From an uncultured virus (IMG/VR IMGVR_UViG_2061766007_000025) (Duplodnaviria; Heunggongvirae; Uroviricota; Caudoviricetes): 64,000 bases of DNA. Under the pieces are notes generated by a model. It did no database searches and had not been told where the DNA came from. It worked only from the letters and a program-made list of their open reading frames with translations. The stretch is from the IMG/VR virus record IMGVR_UViG_2061766007_000025, one strand, 5' to 3'. The translations under genes and the position numbers were made by a program. This document shows, one piece after another, positions 37,911-48,793 of the stretch (position 1 is its first letter; the number at the start of each line of letters is the position of its first letter).

Positions 37911-39869
37911 TTAGGTATCATCTCTACTGAAGAATTTAAATAACTCTTCTTTAAATTCAGACTTAGCCTGATTGTCAAGATCTTTAGAGTTATCTACAAG
38001 CTCAGTAATTGCCTCCATAAGATTCTTACCTTTATACTCATCAGGATTATTATCTGGACAACAATTCTTAAGTGCTTCATTAACTTTATTCTTAATTACC
38101 CCAGAACAATAAATTTCAGCATTATCAATGATGTCTTTGATTGTATTCTCTGTAAATTTTACATTAAAGACATTCTTGAGAAGCAATACTACTAATCCAT
38201 TCTTTTCAAATGCATCAGGAGCATTATAAATAGAAGTTAATGTTTTTACATACTTATTCTTGGAAAGATCTCTCTTCTTTAAGATATACTTAAGAACACA
38301 AGCTAGTATTCCAGTTCTCTTATCAAATCTATCTTCATCTTTGCATATAGACTTAGTAACAGTTTTATCTTTCCAGGTTATAATAGTAGCCTTATTACCT
38401 GAAAAGGTTACTTTAGTTATCATCTGTTCAAGTTTAAATCCAGCATACTCACTATTATAGCAGTAAAGTTTATTAAACTGTTTTAAAAGTTCCCTTAAGA
38501 AGTCATAGACCTGATCTGCAGGAATATACTTGATTCCATTTGACATTATCATAGTCATACTATCAATTCCAAGTTCATCAATACTAGATAGAGTCTTTAA
38601 AATTATTTTTCCCATATTATCATCTCCTAAAATTAATTTTATTATAGGTGAAGTAGATTCTACACCTTCAGTGTCTGGTAAACACATTTTAATAGTATCA
38701 TGAAAGAAAGGGTTATTAAGTATGTTATAGTTACTCTGAATTAAATTACTCGGTTTATATCCGATATCTGCTAAATTACCGCTTGTTGTTAGAAATGCAA
38801 GGTTGCTATCATTCAGCTCTTTATATTGTTTAGCAGATAATGTAGAAGTGGTACTATTAGATGATAAGTTATATATTATATCTGCATTGGTATTATGTAT
38901 TACTGATGTTGCTGTAAGAATAGGATCATAGTTTTCATCATAATTACTATTCCACATAATCATAGATTGTAAATATGCTTTATCTAAAGAATTTTCATCT
39001 TCTATATCTAATCTTATACTACGCCTCTGCTTTTCTTTTTCATGAGAATCAAATACTAAAAAACTAGGCATATTAGTATTAGTTCTACCATGATTTCTGA
39101 AATATCTAACAGCGGCAAGAGCATTAACTCTAGGGATATTATTTATTAAAGTAATGCCTTCATCTTCAGATGGATCTTCTTTAAAAATATATGTATTAGC
39201 TTCTATCTCTTTTTTAATATAGATAGGTTCATATTCTATATCTATATCATCATCCCATCGTATAAGATCAGTAACATCTACATTTAATATATCACTATAA
39301 TTAATAGTTGGTATTTTTACTATAATAGCTTTTCCATCTTTAATAGATTCAACCAAAACAATATATCTTTCTTTGCATTCGTTCTTAACATAAAATACAT
39401 TGTAAGCTTTTGAATTCTCGAATGATGTTTTAGAGGATGGAATAGATTTTCTATGCCTATCATTGATAAGATAATACTTTGTATTATGATCTTTAAATGG
39501 TGCTATTAATCGTTTATACTCGTCAATAGAAAAATTTCCCTCGTAGCATTCAAAATACTCAGTTACAGGTTCAAAATTGATATCTTTAATATCTGTATAG
39601 AAAACCTCAGTTGGTGATAAATGTACACAATCCATTCCGATTTCAACTGTAATAGTATATTTGGTATGAAATACATTATTATTGGAATCCATATTACTAC
39701 ATGCCTCAGCAACTTCTACAATTTGTCCAAATCTTTTACATTTACCGCTATAATTATCTGATATGAAAAACACTTCTGGTATTTCATCAAAATTTCTAGC
39801 TGACATTTTCAATACATCACTAATTGGTATAGTTTGTCTATACTCCCCATTAATTCTATATATTTTCAT
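37911..39869 (-). CDS. Large hypothetical protein
   Basis: 652 aa; C-terminal ATIITWKDKTVT...C..ED.FDK..G module. Confidence 0.7.
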   Translation of the reverse strand: MKIYRINGEYRQTIPISDVLKMSARNFDEIPEVFFISDNYSGKCKRFGQIVEVAEACSNMDSNNNVFHTKYTITVEIGMDCVHLSPTEVFYTDIKDINFEPVTEYFECYEGNFSIDEYKRLIAPFKDHNTKYYLINDRHRKSIPSSKTSFENSKAYNVFYVKNECKERYIVLVESIKDGKAIIVKIPTINYSDILNVDVTDLIRWDDDIDIEYEPIYIKKEIEANTYIFKEDPSEDEGITLINNIPRVNALAAVRYFRNHGRTNTNMPSFLVFDSHEKEKQRRSIRLDIEDENSLDKAYLQSMIMWNSNYDENYDPILTATSVIHNTNADIIYNLSSNSTTSTLSAKQYKELNDSNLAFLTTSGNLADIGYKPSNLIQSNYNILNNPFFHDTIKMCLPDTEGVESTSPIIKLILGDDNMGKIILKTLSSIDELGIDSMTMIMSNGIKYIPADQVYDFLRELLKQFNKLYCYNSEYAGFKLEQMITKVTFSGNKATIITWKDKTVTKSICKDEDRFDKRTGILACVLKYILKKRDLSKNKYVKTLTSIYNAPDAFEKNGLVVLLLKNVFNVKFTENTIKDIIDNAEIYCSGVIKNKVNEALKNCCPDNNPDEYKGKNLMEAITELVDNSKDLDNQAKSEFKEELFKFFSRDDT

Positions 39870-39889
39870 AGAATATAACTCCTTTATGA

Positions 39890-40123
39890 TTATAATGCTT
39901 CGAAGCTATTTGATAGTTGTTCTAAGCATTCATCTGCTGCATCATTTATATAATCTGTCATAATATCTCTACATTTGATATTAAGATCTTCGGTTATATT
40001 AAGTTTTAATTTCCCACAGCAAATGATAATATCATTACCATCATCGATCATTTTTCTTAATGTACTTAAATTATCCATATTCTTTTTAACATTTTCTGCT
40101 TTCTTATAAGTTGCTATATCCAT
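39890..40123 (-). CDS. Hypothetical protein
   Basis: 77 aa, GGAGGT RBS. Confidence 0.6.
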   Translation of the reverse strand: MDIATYKKAENVKKNMDNLSTLRKMIDDGNDIIICCGKLKLNITEDLNIKCRDIMTDYINDAADECLEQLSNSFEAL

Positions 40124-40139
40124 AGTAATTACCTCCTAA

Positions 40140-40361
40140 TTAGTATCTTCTTCTTGGTTCTCTTAAATCTATAATATTTGTTAATGTATTATAGCATTTT
40201 TCACATAAGTCAGCAACTTTTACGGTTTTATATTCACCTGTATTGCTGGAATTTGTTTCTTTTAACTTATATATTTTTAGTTTATATACATCTTTAGGTA
40301 ACATCTTTTTTCTGCATTTGTCACATGATGCACCATTAGCATATTCTACAGAACTTCGCAT
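40140..40361 (-). CDS. Small Zn-ribbon protein
   Basis: CDKC...DLCEKC. Confidence 0.6.
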   Translation of the reverse strand: MRSSVEYANGASCDKCRKKMLPKDVYKLKIYKLKETNSSNTGEYKTVKVADLCEKCYNTLTNIIDLREPRRRY

Positions 40362-40588
40362 TATTCCTCCTTAATATCATGGAGCTTCTCAATAGATTTT
40401 TTCATTTCTGTCATTAGCTCATATATTCTTAAGAATTGTTCACTAGAACTAATAGCCATAAATTGTTCTCTGGCATGAATCTCAAAATACTCTAATCCAT
40501 ACCAACCATCTACCGTATTACCATGATCATCAGATATAAATACGTTCTCCTCACAAACTCTGCCTTCATTCTCTACTGTCTTTTTCAT
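40361..40588 (-). CDS. Hypothetical protein
   Basis: 75 aa, stop/start coupled. Confidence 0.6.
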   Translation of the reverse strand: MKKTVENEGRVCEENVFISDDHGNTVDGWYGLEYFEIHAREQFMAISSSEQFLRIYELMTEMKKSIEKLHDIKEE

Positions 40589-40600
40589 TATATCACCTTC

Positions 40601-40810
40601 TTAATGATATCGTGTTTCATAACAGCTACGATCTTTCTTAACAAGACTGTTATAGATCGAAGTCTGGAATCCACCTCTACGTTCCTGATACTCCTTCTGG
40701 GCTGCTAAAGCCTGTGCTGTGTAGTTATTATGATTCTTTGGTGATCTCTCTAATGTAAGCTGAAATAACTCTTCATCGCTTAAATTTTGAAAATCATATT
40801 TTTTAGCCAT
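40601..40810 (-). CDS. Hypothetical protein
   Basis: 69 aa, GAGGT RBS. Confidence 0.6.
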   Translation of the reverse strand: MAKKYDFQNLSDEELFQLTLERSPKNHNNYTAQALAAQKEYQERRGGFQTSIYNSLVKKDRSCYETRYH

Positions 40811-41196
40811 TACTTTTACCTCTCTTCTTTTTTAATTTCTGCATGATAATATTAGTTAGTTTGGTTAACCCTCCAACTATAAGATTTATAATAAAATCTC
40901 CAACTACTAATACTATACTAATGCCAAATAAATACATTATAAGATTTACATACCCTATCATTTTAATTTATTCCTCGTAGTATAATTTTTTCGAGTACTC
41001 ATCTGTAGGTGTTTCACATTTAGTTGCCATATTGTGGACATGTAATTAGATGATTATTTGTACCATATTTTTGTATGATTTTTTGTTATTTTGAGAAAAC
41101 CACATTAATATAGTTCTCCTTTGAAATAGAATATAATAACCGCTAACCCTATTTAAAGGTTAGCGGTGTATTTAATAGAATATGCATTTATTCGAT

Positions 41197-42270
41197 TTAA
41201 CTTACTACTTCTGATAATAAATTTTCTATAGATTTGGTGAAATCTTCTATATCAAATATATTTGGCATTATTGATCGACTATACATACTTTTTACTTTAC
41301 CATCTTTAGTCTTAATTACTAACGATGCATTCATATCATCATACTGTGTAGGCCCTACACTAGCAAGTATATTATAATCTTCAAGATTCTTAAAGTTAGA
41401 TTTATAAATCTCTATAAATGAAGACATAATACTAGTAAGATATCTAATAAGTACATCATCTGATAATGGTATAGCTCTCTTATCTATAGGGTTCATATCA
41501 TCATAACTTAATGTGAATCTCATCTTAGGAGTATCAGGAGCTTCTACTTCTATACTAGCACCTTCTAATCCATCTTCTGTAAGACTATCAATACCAAGAT
41601 AGTATACTCTGATTTTATAATTAGTTCTCAGTGCAGCATCTACGTACTCAATAAGAGTTTTATACTTCTCATTAAGTCTTATTTCTTTTTCCTCTTCTTC
41701 TGTTGGAGTATGTACTTTTACTTTATTATTATCGAAATACATCTTCTTTGCAGTCCAGCTAAGACCTAATAAGTTCCATATAGCTGCAATATCATGTGGT
41801 TCATCATTATGTCCTGCAAGATGCTTAGTAAAATGCCTTGTAGCACTATCAAGATAAGATGTAAGAGCAATACCTTTTTCCCAGTTATGTTCTCCATACT
41901 TCTTAGCACCATTCTCATAATGCTTAGATATATCTATAGATATATTGTAAATATTATCATATTTGCCAGTATCTAAAAGATATCTAGCAATATAAGCAGC
42001 AGCATCTATAGCATCAAAGTTAATGCTAAGATATTCAGGATTTTCTTTATTAAGATTATCCTGAATATAGCTTAGAGTACCATATACGGAAATAGATATA
42101 GTATCTATTTCTTCTACACTAGGTGTAAGATTTCTGAATAATTTGTTTTCTCTTTCAAAGAGTTCTTTTAACTCTCTTAAAGGTGTAAGATCGAATCTAC
42201 CTTTACCTTCATGCATATCCCTAACAGCACCACTAGCAAAGACGGTTCTTTCTCCCGAATCTTTAATCAT
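41197..42270 (-). CDS. dATP/dGTP diphosphohydrolase-like (DUF5664) domain protein with C-terminal extension
   Basis: SGAVRD...GKGRFDL, GAKKYGEHNWEKGI, YLDSATRH, EPHDIAAIWN. Confidence 0.8.
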   Translation of the reverse strand: MIKDSGERTVFASGAVRDMHEGKGRFDLTPLRELKELFERENKLFRNLTPSVEEIDTISISVYGTLSYIQDNLNKENPEYLSINFDAIDAAAYIARYLLDTGKYDNIYNISIDISKHYENGAKKYGEHNWEKGIALTSYLDSATRHFTKHLAGHNDEPHDIAAIWNLLGLSWTAKKMYFDNNKVKVHTPTEEEEKEIRLNEKYKTLIEYVDAALRTNYKIRVYYLGIDSLTEDGLEGASIEVEAPDTPKMRFTLSYDDMNPIDKRAIPLSDDVLIRYLTSIMSSFIEIYKSNFKNLEDYNILASVGPTQYDDMNASLVIKTKDGKVKSMYSRSIMPNIFDIEDFTKSIENLLSEVVS

Positions 42271-42483
42271 TTAGTTTCTTATCCTCCTTTGAATGATTTT
42301 CTTTTGTGGATTTATTATCCTTATTTTTATCTTTGGGTATTCCATCAGAACAACAAACACATTCCTTATTACAACTTTCTAATTTGATACAGTCTTTACA
42401 AAATACCATAATTTATCACTCCTTTGTCTTACCCATTACTTATATTATATATAACCAAGATTTTGTTAATTATCTTTATTATA

Positions 42484-42777
42484 TCAATCAGTAGTTGCAG
42501 CTTCAAGTAGCATACATCTTATTTTAGATATAAATTCTTTAATACTGAATACTTCTGAATCTTTAGATTTTATAATTAATATCGATTTTATAGCATCATC
42601 TTTCTTATATTTAATATAAAACTTAAGTTCTTCTATAAATGGACTAATAGAAATAGTATATTTATCTTCTAATTTATATAATTCATCAAAATACTCTTTC
42701 ATAGATAATTGAAGTATTTCTAAATTATCACTATTATTTTCCATATAGTTTACAAATTTCTCTTTGAGTCTATTCAT
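42484..42777 (-). CDS. Hypothetical protein
   Basis: 97 aa, GGAG RBS. Confidence 0.6.
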   Translation of the reverse strand: MNRLKEKFVNYMENNSDNLEILQLSMKEYFDELYKLEDKYTISISPFIEELKFYIKYKKDDAIKSILIIKSKDSEVFSIKEFISKIRCMLLEAATTD

Positions 42778-42790
42778 AATGCAATTCTCC

Positions 42791-43099
42791 TTATTCTACA
42801 TCATTATCCAAATTATCTATATCATATACAGATCCACAATAATTACATTTTACAATAGATTCATCTCCTGTTGCAGATAAAGAAGCTCCACAATTCTTAC
42901 ATTTAAATTCAAATATAGATGTAGATCTTTTCTTAGGTGTAACACCTATAAATTTATCATTCATCTTAATATATAATCGCTCTGTTTCATCATTAAAAAT
43001 AAAAGTACCATTAGGTTGATCATCTATATTATCTGCCATAAGTTTTAATGTAGAGCATTTTATAAATGATACATATGTTCCTGTTCCCACAAATACCAT
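42791..43099 (-). CDS. Zn-ribbon protein
   Basis: CKNCGA...CNYCGS. Confidence 0.65.
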   Translation of the reverse strand: MVFVGTGTYVSFIKCSTLKLMADNIDDQPNGTFIFNDETERLYIKMNDKFIGVTPKKRSTSIFEFKCKNCGASLSATGDESIVKCNYCGSVYDIDNLDNDVE

Positions 43100-43104
43100 T
43101 CTCC

Positions 43105-43353
43105 TTACTTTATATTTATTATATCCATTATTTCTACACCAAGTGAATCAGCTAATTTATATACCGTTTCTAATGATGCACTTAATAGTTTCCTAGGTTC
43201 CTGCTCATAAGCAGAAATACTTTTTAGATTTACTCCTGATAGATTTGATAGTTCTGATTGTGTATAGCCTTTTATCTTACGAACCTTTTTTAAATTTGAT
43301 TTATAATCTTTAAATCTATCCATATCATCCCGAACTGCCATAGATACCTCCAT
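43105..43353 (-). CDS. XRE-family helix-turn-helix protein
   Basis: LKKVRKIKGYTQSELSNLSGVNLKSISAYEQ...KLADSLGV. Confidence 0.85.
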   Translation of the reverse strand: MEVSMAVRDDMDRFKDYKSNLKKVRKIKGYTQSELSNLSGVNLKSISAYEQEPRKLLSASLETVYKLADSLGVEIMDIINIK

Positions 43354-43534
43354 TTAAATAGCAATAATCGAATTACTTTATTGTGTTCTGGCATGTAGAA
43401 TACTACTATTTTATTAGTACTTATAACTTAATTATAATAGATAAGAATAATTTGTTCTTATTATATCTCTTACATATAATTAATAGGAATTTCTAGATTC
43501 CAAAAACTAATAAGTCAAAAGGAGAATACTACAA

Positions 43535-44068
43535 ATGGATAGAATTACAGATTACAAGATTGATTATGCTACGATTAAGAAAGTAATTAGAAACTCATTA
43601 GTACAAGGAAAGATGGTAACAGATTTTGTTATAGATTATTCTAAACTTAATGCAGAGGTTGCCGAATATGGTATTACTGCAATTCCTTGTTCCTTAATGT
43701 CTAAGAGAATAGAAGTTAGTGATGTTCCTTATATTTCTGATTATTTTAAGGGAGAAAGATTAACATGGGTTGATAAATTCAAACAGTATGGTACTGTAGT
43801 ATTTATCAACAATGATTGTTTAACTGATGAAATTAGAGAAATGATTGCACAGCTCTATGTTTCTGTTGTTGATAATCCTGAAATTGATAAGCAGAATATT
43901 GTAGCTAAGATACTTGCTCTTTATCCTTGCTATACAGCACTTATTGTTTCTTATAAGTCATCTGATATTAAGAAAGCTAATTATCTCTGTACAGAAATTG
44001 TATGTAGAGCCAATACAGTTACTATTAAACAGGATAATTATAAGTATCATCATGAAGATATGGTATAA
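43535..44068 (+). CDS. Hypothetical protein
   Basis: 177 aa, AAGGAG RBS, hairpin 44079-44107 downstream. Confidence 0.7.
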   Translation: MDRITDYKIDYATIKKVIRNSLVQGKMVTDFVIDYSKLNAEVAEYGITAIPCSLMSKRIEVSDVPYISDYFKGERLTWVDKFKQYGTVVFINNDCLTDEIREMIAQLYVSVVDNPEIDKQNIVAKILALYPCYTALIVSYKSSDIKKANYLCTEIVCRANTVTIKQDNYKYHHEDMV

Positions 44069-44090
44069 AAAATAAACTGTCCAGTAAGGA

Positions 44091-44567
44091 TTATCTCCTT
44101 ACTGGACTTTTTGTTGTGTCTCTTGTGATTCTAAATTTCTTAGAATCTTCCGAAGAACTTACAAAGTAGTAAGCATTATCATTTAGCTTGACTAACTTAC
44201 TAGTGAATCTATCTTTATTATAATTCTTACATACCCATGCTTTAATACTGATACCTTTATAACTTTCACCAGTATCTATTATAGTATCTAATCTTTCTAT
44301 ATGCTTCTTATTATATATTAACTCATAGGTATTACTTGATATAGGTGAACTAATAACAGCAAAACGACCAACTTGTAATAGTTTTATAGTATAATAAACT
44401 ATATCCCCTACAGTAAATACACTATAAACTTTAAATGTAGATTCTACTTGATCAGACCAATACTTATGTCCTTCTTCTAGAGGTTTTTCAATATATATTT
44501 TCTTAGGTATAAAATCATAATTGGTGTCTTCCATAATCTTTATAACAGAATTTGGATATAATATCAT
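44091..44567 (-). CDS. Hypothetical protein
   Basis: 158 aa, ATGA-coupled. Confidence 0.65.
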   Translation of the reverse strand: MILYPNSVIKIMEDTNYDFIPKKIYIEKPLEEGHKYWSDQVESTFKVYSVFTVGDIVYYTIKLLQVGRFAVISSPISSNTYELIYNKKHIERLDTIIDTGESYKGISIKAWVCKNYNKDRFTSKLVKLNDNAYYFVSSSEDSKKFRITRDTTKSPVRR

Positions 44568-44905
44568 AGATATCGTCTCCTACCTAAAAAGTTATCTAGA
44601 TAATCTAGCTTACATACATATACTGCTTCCAAATTAGTAAATTTTATACCATCTTCTAGAATATTACGTTCTGCTTTTATATCACCTAATAGTCCATCAA
44701 GATCATAGTATCTCTTAGCCTGCTTACTATTATCTCCCCATATAATGGGATTAGTATTAATTATGTAAATCTTCTGCCCATTAATAGCACCTTCTATTAT
44801 ATAGTAATCTTCTCTAATATTAGGCATAAAAAACACCTCCCATTGTACTAGTATTAATATAATGTTCCCTCGGTCAATTATAACAATACCAAGAAAATAG
44901 CACAA
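44564..44905 (-). CDS. Hypothetical protein
   Basis: True start probably MPNIRE (44827) after GGGAGGTG. Confidence 0.55.
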   Translation of the reverse strand: MCYFLGIVIIDRGNIILILVQWEVFFMPNIREDYYIIEGAINGQKIYIINTNPIIWGDNSKQAKRYYDLDGLLGDIKAERNILEDGIKFTNLEAVYVCKLDYLDNFLGRRRYL

Positions 44906-45087
44906 TAGAAGAATAATACTATATAAATACTACCACTATAATAGTATTAAATGTTAATTTTAACATAAATTCACCACACAATATTATAAAGGTGAGAAAA
45001 AAGAAACTACGTCCTCTAATCACCCTAATTGTCAATGATTTGGTGAGTGGGTTATAAAGCCCACTCACCATATATTGACTTTTTACA

Positions 45088-45675
45088 TTATCCACAGATA
45101 TATCTCAGAGTTTCTTCAAATGTACCAAAGTTTCTGTAACGATAATCCTTCTGATTTGCACTTACTGTAAGATGAAGGTCAAAAGTTATCTCCTTTTCTT
45201 CGATAGCTTTAAGCTCTTCTTTACTAAGCTGATCTTCTATAGATTTGATAAATCTTCTAGAAGTTTCTGCATGAAGATCTGGGATTATAATAGTTACAGA
45301 TTCATCTTCTTTCTCCGGAAGAAGAACTTTAGGGAAACCATATAATTCACTACTATTTCCCCAAGCATAAAATACTTCATTACCATATGTAAAATAAAAA
45401 CCATGATCTGTAATATTTTCAGAACCAAGATTATTTTCCTGGATATTTTCATCTGAAATTATCCATGTCTGAACTATTTTGTCATCTTCCTGATCAAAAG
45501 TTTTACCATTCATCTCACACATATGCTTTGTATACTCTGCTCTTGATAATGCTGAACCAAATCTAAGATCAAATTTGCTTGCGCTGTTAGGAATGATAAA
45601 AATATCCGCATTTGCTCTAACTACATTTCTTCCATTCTCAACTGTCATTTTTGCTAAACTTTCAATGTTCTTCAT
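45088..45675 (-). CDS. Hypothetical protein
   Basis: 195 aa behind the duplicated leader. Confidence 0.7.
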   Translation of the reverse strand: MKNIESLAKMTVENGRNVVRANADIFIIPNSASKFDLRFGSALSRAEYTKHMCEMNGKTFDQEDDKIVQTWIISDENIQENNLGSENITDHGFYFTYGNEVFYAWGNSSELYGFPKVLLPEKEDESVTIIIPDLHAETSRRFIKSIEDQLSKEELKAIEEKEITFDLHLTVSANQKDYRYRNFGTFEETLRYICG

Positions 45676-45682
45676 AATAATG

Positions 45683-45788
45683 CCTCTTCTTTCTTTTGAA
45701 ATATAATTTGTAGTTACTTTGAATAGAGATTATTATATTTCTATTCATAGGTATTATATATACTCGTAATATGTAACTTTTACAAAAA
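45683..45788 (-). promoter_or_regulatory. Duplicated promoter/leader element, copy 2
   Basis: Closely similar to 14511-14616. Confidence 0.6.
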
Positions 45789-45827
45789 ATAAATGGGTAG
45801 AGGATTATTAGTCCTCTACCCATTATA

Positions 45828-46766
45828 TTACTTATTAAAGATAACTCTTAGTACTTCATCATTTATATATTGTAATACATCTAATGGAAACATAAGAAGA
45901 ACATTAACATCTACACCATTGCTGTCCTGTCCAGCGATAGAAAGCATATCATAATCATTCTTTCCATCATTGAATCTAAACATATATTGTGCTCTAAAGT
46001 TGATATCAGATTCAGATTCTCTAAATCCTAACTCTTTATTTATTAATGATCTCTTACCTCTACCAATTCTTTTATTTATATGCATTCTAGTAGAAAAGAA
46101 TCTAGTAGTTCCATCTTGGCATTCTGTCTTTATTTCTACATCTACACTATGAGGATCTGAATATCCTATAGAAAATACTGTAGCTTTCTGAACTACATCT
46201 ATTACAGAATTTAATACAGGAGATCCAGCATCTGCTAAAGCATAATTTATATCAGATTCAAATCTAGGATCAGAATCAGCTATAGTTTGATGTACTAATG
46301 CCATACCACTAAATACATTAACAGAAAGATTTAATTTACATAAATCATTCTCCTCCGAATTTATATTAGATCCTATAATATATACTGGGAAAGTGCCATC
46401 CTCTTTTATATGGAAATCCATATCAGTAGCATAATGTGGTAAACCATCAGCTAACATCGTTGTTGTTATCCTATTCCTGAGACTTACATTATTATTATCT
46501 ATTAGCTGAGAATTAGCTATAAATAATTCATCTTCTTCATTATCTGTACTATAAACAGAAGATACACATATAAAGCCATCAGATAATGTCTTACATAACC
46601 ATGTTGCTTTTAATTTAGTAGTATGATCTTTATAATCAAGAGTATTAACTCCAATTAATGAAGCTTTTACAATACTTAAGTTCTTAGAAATCTCATCTGG
46701 ATTAATATCCATCTCGTACTTAGGAATTAACATATTATACCTCTTTCTTTTTAAATAGTTTCTCAA
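45828..46766 (-). CDS. Hypothetical protein
   Basis: 312-aa ORF in a co-oriented run. Confidence 0.7.
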   Translation of the reverse strand: MRNYLKRKRYNMLIPKYEMDINPDEISKNLSIVKASLIGVNTLDYKDHTTKLKATWLCKTLSDGFICVSSVYSTDNEEDELFIANSQLIDNNNVSLRNRITTTMLADGLPHYATDMDFHIKEDGTFPVYIIGSNINSEENDLCKLNLSVNVFSGMALVHQTIADSDPRFESDINYALADAGSPVLNSVIDVVQKATVFSIGYSDPHSVDVEIKTECQDGTTRFFSTRMHINKRIGRGKRSLINKELGFRESESDINFRAQYMFRFNDGKNDYDMLSIAGQDSNGVDVNVLLMFPLDVLQYINDEVLRVIFNK

Positions 46767-47001
46767 ATATGTTTTTGTGCTTTACTTTATTCTCACTCTC
46801 GATCATATTCTTAATAAACATATCACTGAATTCTTCACCGTATTCATCTGATACATTATATGCTAGATATTCCATAACTATTTGAATACCATACATAAAA
46901 TCACTTTTACCTTGTATTGCATTATATTTACCGATGAATAATCCAACTTCTTTCATATGATCTAATATATCTTTTAATACTTTTACTTCTTCTTCACTCA
47001 T
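46735..47001 (-). CDS. Hypothetical protein
   Basis: 88 aa. Confidence 0.6.
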   Translation of the reverse strand: MSEEEVKVLKDILDHMKEVGLFIGKYNAIQGKSDFMYGIQIVMEYLAYNVSDEYGEEFSDMFIKNMIESENKVKHKNIFEKLFKKKEV

Positions 47002-47007
47002 AATAGT

Positions 47008-47871
47008 TTACCTTTTTATAGTAAATATGTGTGTTTTCTTTAATACCATTTGCTCTGGACATATAAGAATAGTATTAGATTTAGAATAATATATAAATAC
47101 ATATCCATCGCATCTAAAGATTGTATCTATAATCTGATCATTCTTATATCTAGATTGATATTCATTATATGTTATAGTATCTCTAAATGTATAACCTTCG
47201 AAATCTGCTAAGTTCTTTATTATAGAAGTATATATAGCAGTATGAGCTTTATCATCTGTGATCATATCATAATGTAAATACACATCTTTGGTATGAACAC
47301 AGTTTACATTATTTACTATATCTTGGATATAATAGAATTTAGCAAACTCATATTTAGTATCTGAAAAGATTTTAAATGTTTGCTCTGATATATTACCACC
47401 TAATATAGACTGTAGAAACATACAGCATTTTGTAAACATGCTAATATTTACATTAGCTTCTGTTATTTCATAACTACCACCAATTAGCGGTAAATATAAG
47501 TATGTACTTACAAATCTATTATCATCTAAGATATAGAATCTAAAGTCTATGATATATGTATTATCTGCTTTTTGATATCTTTTTAGTTCCTCATATCTGT
47601 CTTTATGATGTCCACTAATTACATTAGTTATATAATATGAAGATGATTCTATTTTCTTAACTTCTTCTTCATTAGCTACTCTTATAGTACTCTTCATATA
47701 AATATATCTTATAGTAAGACAATCTAAAACATTAGCTACATAATATATAGTATAAAGATCTTTTTCTGATTCTTTCTCTATAACAAAAGGAACTATAGAT
47801 AATATATAGACAGATCCTGTAGGTGATACTACAAAACTATCATCCTTCTTTATTGTAATTAGGTTCGCCAT
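47008..47871 (-). CDS. Hypothetical protein
   Basis: 287 aa. Confidence 0.7.
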   Translation of the reverse strand: MANLITIKKDDSFVVSPTGSVYILSIVPFVIEKESEKDLYTIYYVANVLDCLTIRYIYMKSTIRVANEEEVKKIESSSYYITNVISGHHKDRYEELKRYQKADNTYIIDFRFYILDDNRFVSTYLYLPLIGGSYEITEANVNISMFTKCCMFLQSILGGNISEQTFKIFSDTKYEFAKFYYIQDIVNNVNCVHTKDVYLHYDMITDDKAHTAIYTSIIKNLADFEGYTFRDTITYNEYQSRYKNDQIIDTIFRCDGYVFIYYSKSNTILICPEQMVLKKTHIFTIKR

Positions 47872-48490
47872 AGATCTTATTTTCCTCCAATGCCGTTGTT
47901 AATAATTCTTTTATATTATTTAAAGAACTTTCATGACTAGTATTATAGTTAACTATTCTAAATCTTATTTCATCAGATGTAACAAATCTTATTATCTTAT
48001 TTTCAAGATATTCCATCACTATAGCATAAGATGGCTCAGCATCATCGCATCTAATTATAGTACCATTATAAGTATCTTTATTTATACTATCCATACCTAC
48101 AGTAGCTAAATTAAGATATCTTGTTTGCTGTGTGGGGTATTTATATATAATATCATTTTCAGAAGTTATAAGACCAGAATTTAAAATATATACTCTTCCG
48201 CTATTAATGGATACTGCAATTGCTATACTAGGAGACTCTTTATCATATCTTACAAGTATACAATTTTCTTTATATACACTTAAAGTTCTCTCTCCATTAG
48301 AGCTATATTCAAACTCGAATTCCTTAGTAAAACGTATAGTTATATTTTGTCTAAGAAATTCTTCTTGTTGCTCTGGGAATTTATCTTTTGTTACATATCC
48401 AAATCTTGGTGATTCTATATTAGTTAGTTTTGCATATTGATTTAGAAACTTATACTTATGCGGATTATCAAAATAGATATCATTATCCAT
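47840..48490 (-). CDS. Hypothetical protein
   Basis: 216 aa. Confidence 0.7.
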   Translation of the reverse strand: MDNDIYFDNPHKYKFLNQYAKLTNIESPRFGYVTKDKFPEQQEEFLRQNITIRFTKEFEFEYSSNGERTLSVYKENCILVRYDKESPSIAIAVSINSGRVYILNSGLITSENDIIYKYPTQQTRYLNLATVGMDSINKDTYNGTIIRCDDAEPSYAIVMEYLENKIIRFVTSDEIRFRIVNYNTSHESSLNNIKELLTTALEENKIYGEPNYNKEG

Positions 48491-48507
48491 TATATTTTCA
48501 CCACCTA

Positions 48508-48750
48508 TTACGCAGATTCTTTAATCTTTTTAGTTTTGAGACATACTGTTTTAATCATATTACCACAGTTTTGACAAACATATTCATTTGTATATTTCTT
48601 AGATCCGTCTTTACAACTTATAAGAACTGTACTTGGACGATCACAACAAGAGCATCTCACATAACCATGATCATTAATTAAAGTATCGTTAGTATCTGAA
48701 TATGTAACTCTGCCTATAGTTATACTCATATATAGTATCGGCCTCCTCAA
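48508..48750 (-). CDS. Small Zn-ribbon protein
   Basis: CSCC...CQNCG. Confidence 0.55.
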   Translation of the reverse strand: MRRPILYMSITIGRVTYSDTNDTLINDHGYVRCSCCDRPSTVLISCKDGSKKYTNEYVCQNCGNMIKTVCLKTKKIKESA

Positions 48751-48793
48751 TTTAATATTTATTAAATTGTTGAGCTGATACCAATATAAATAA

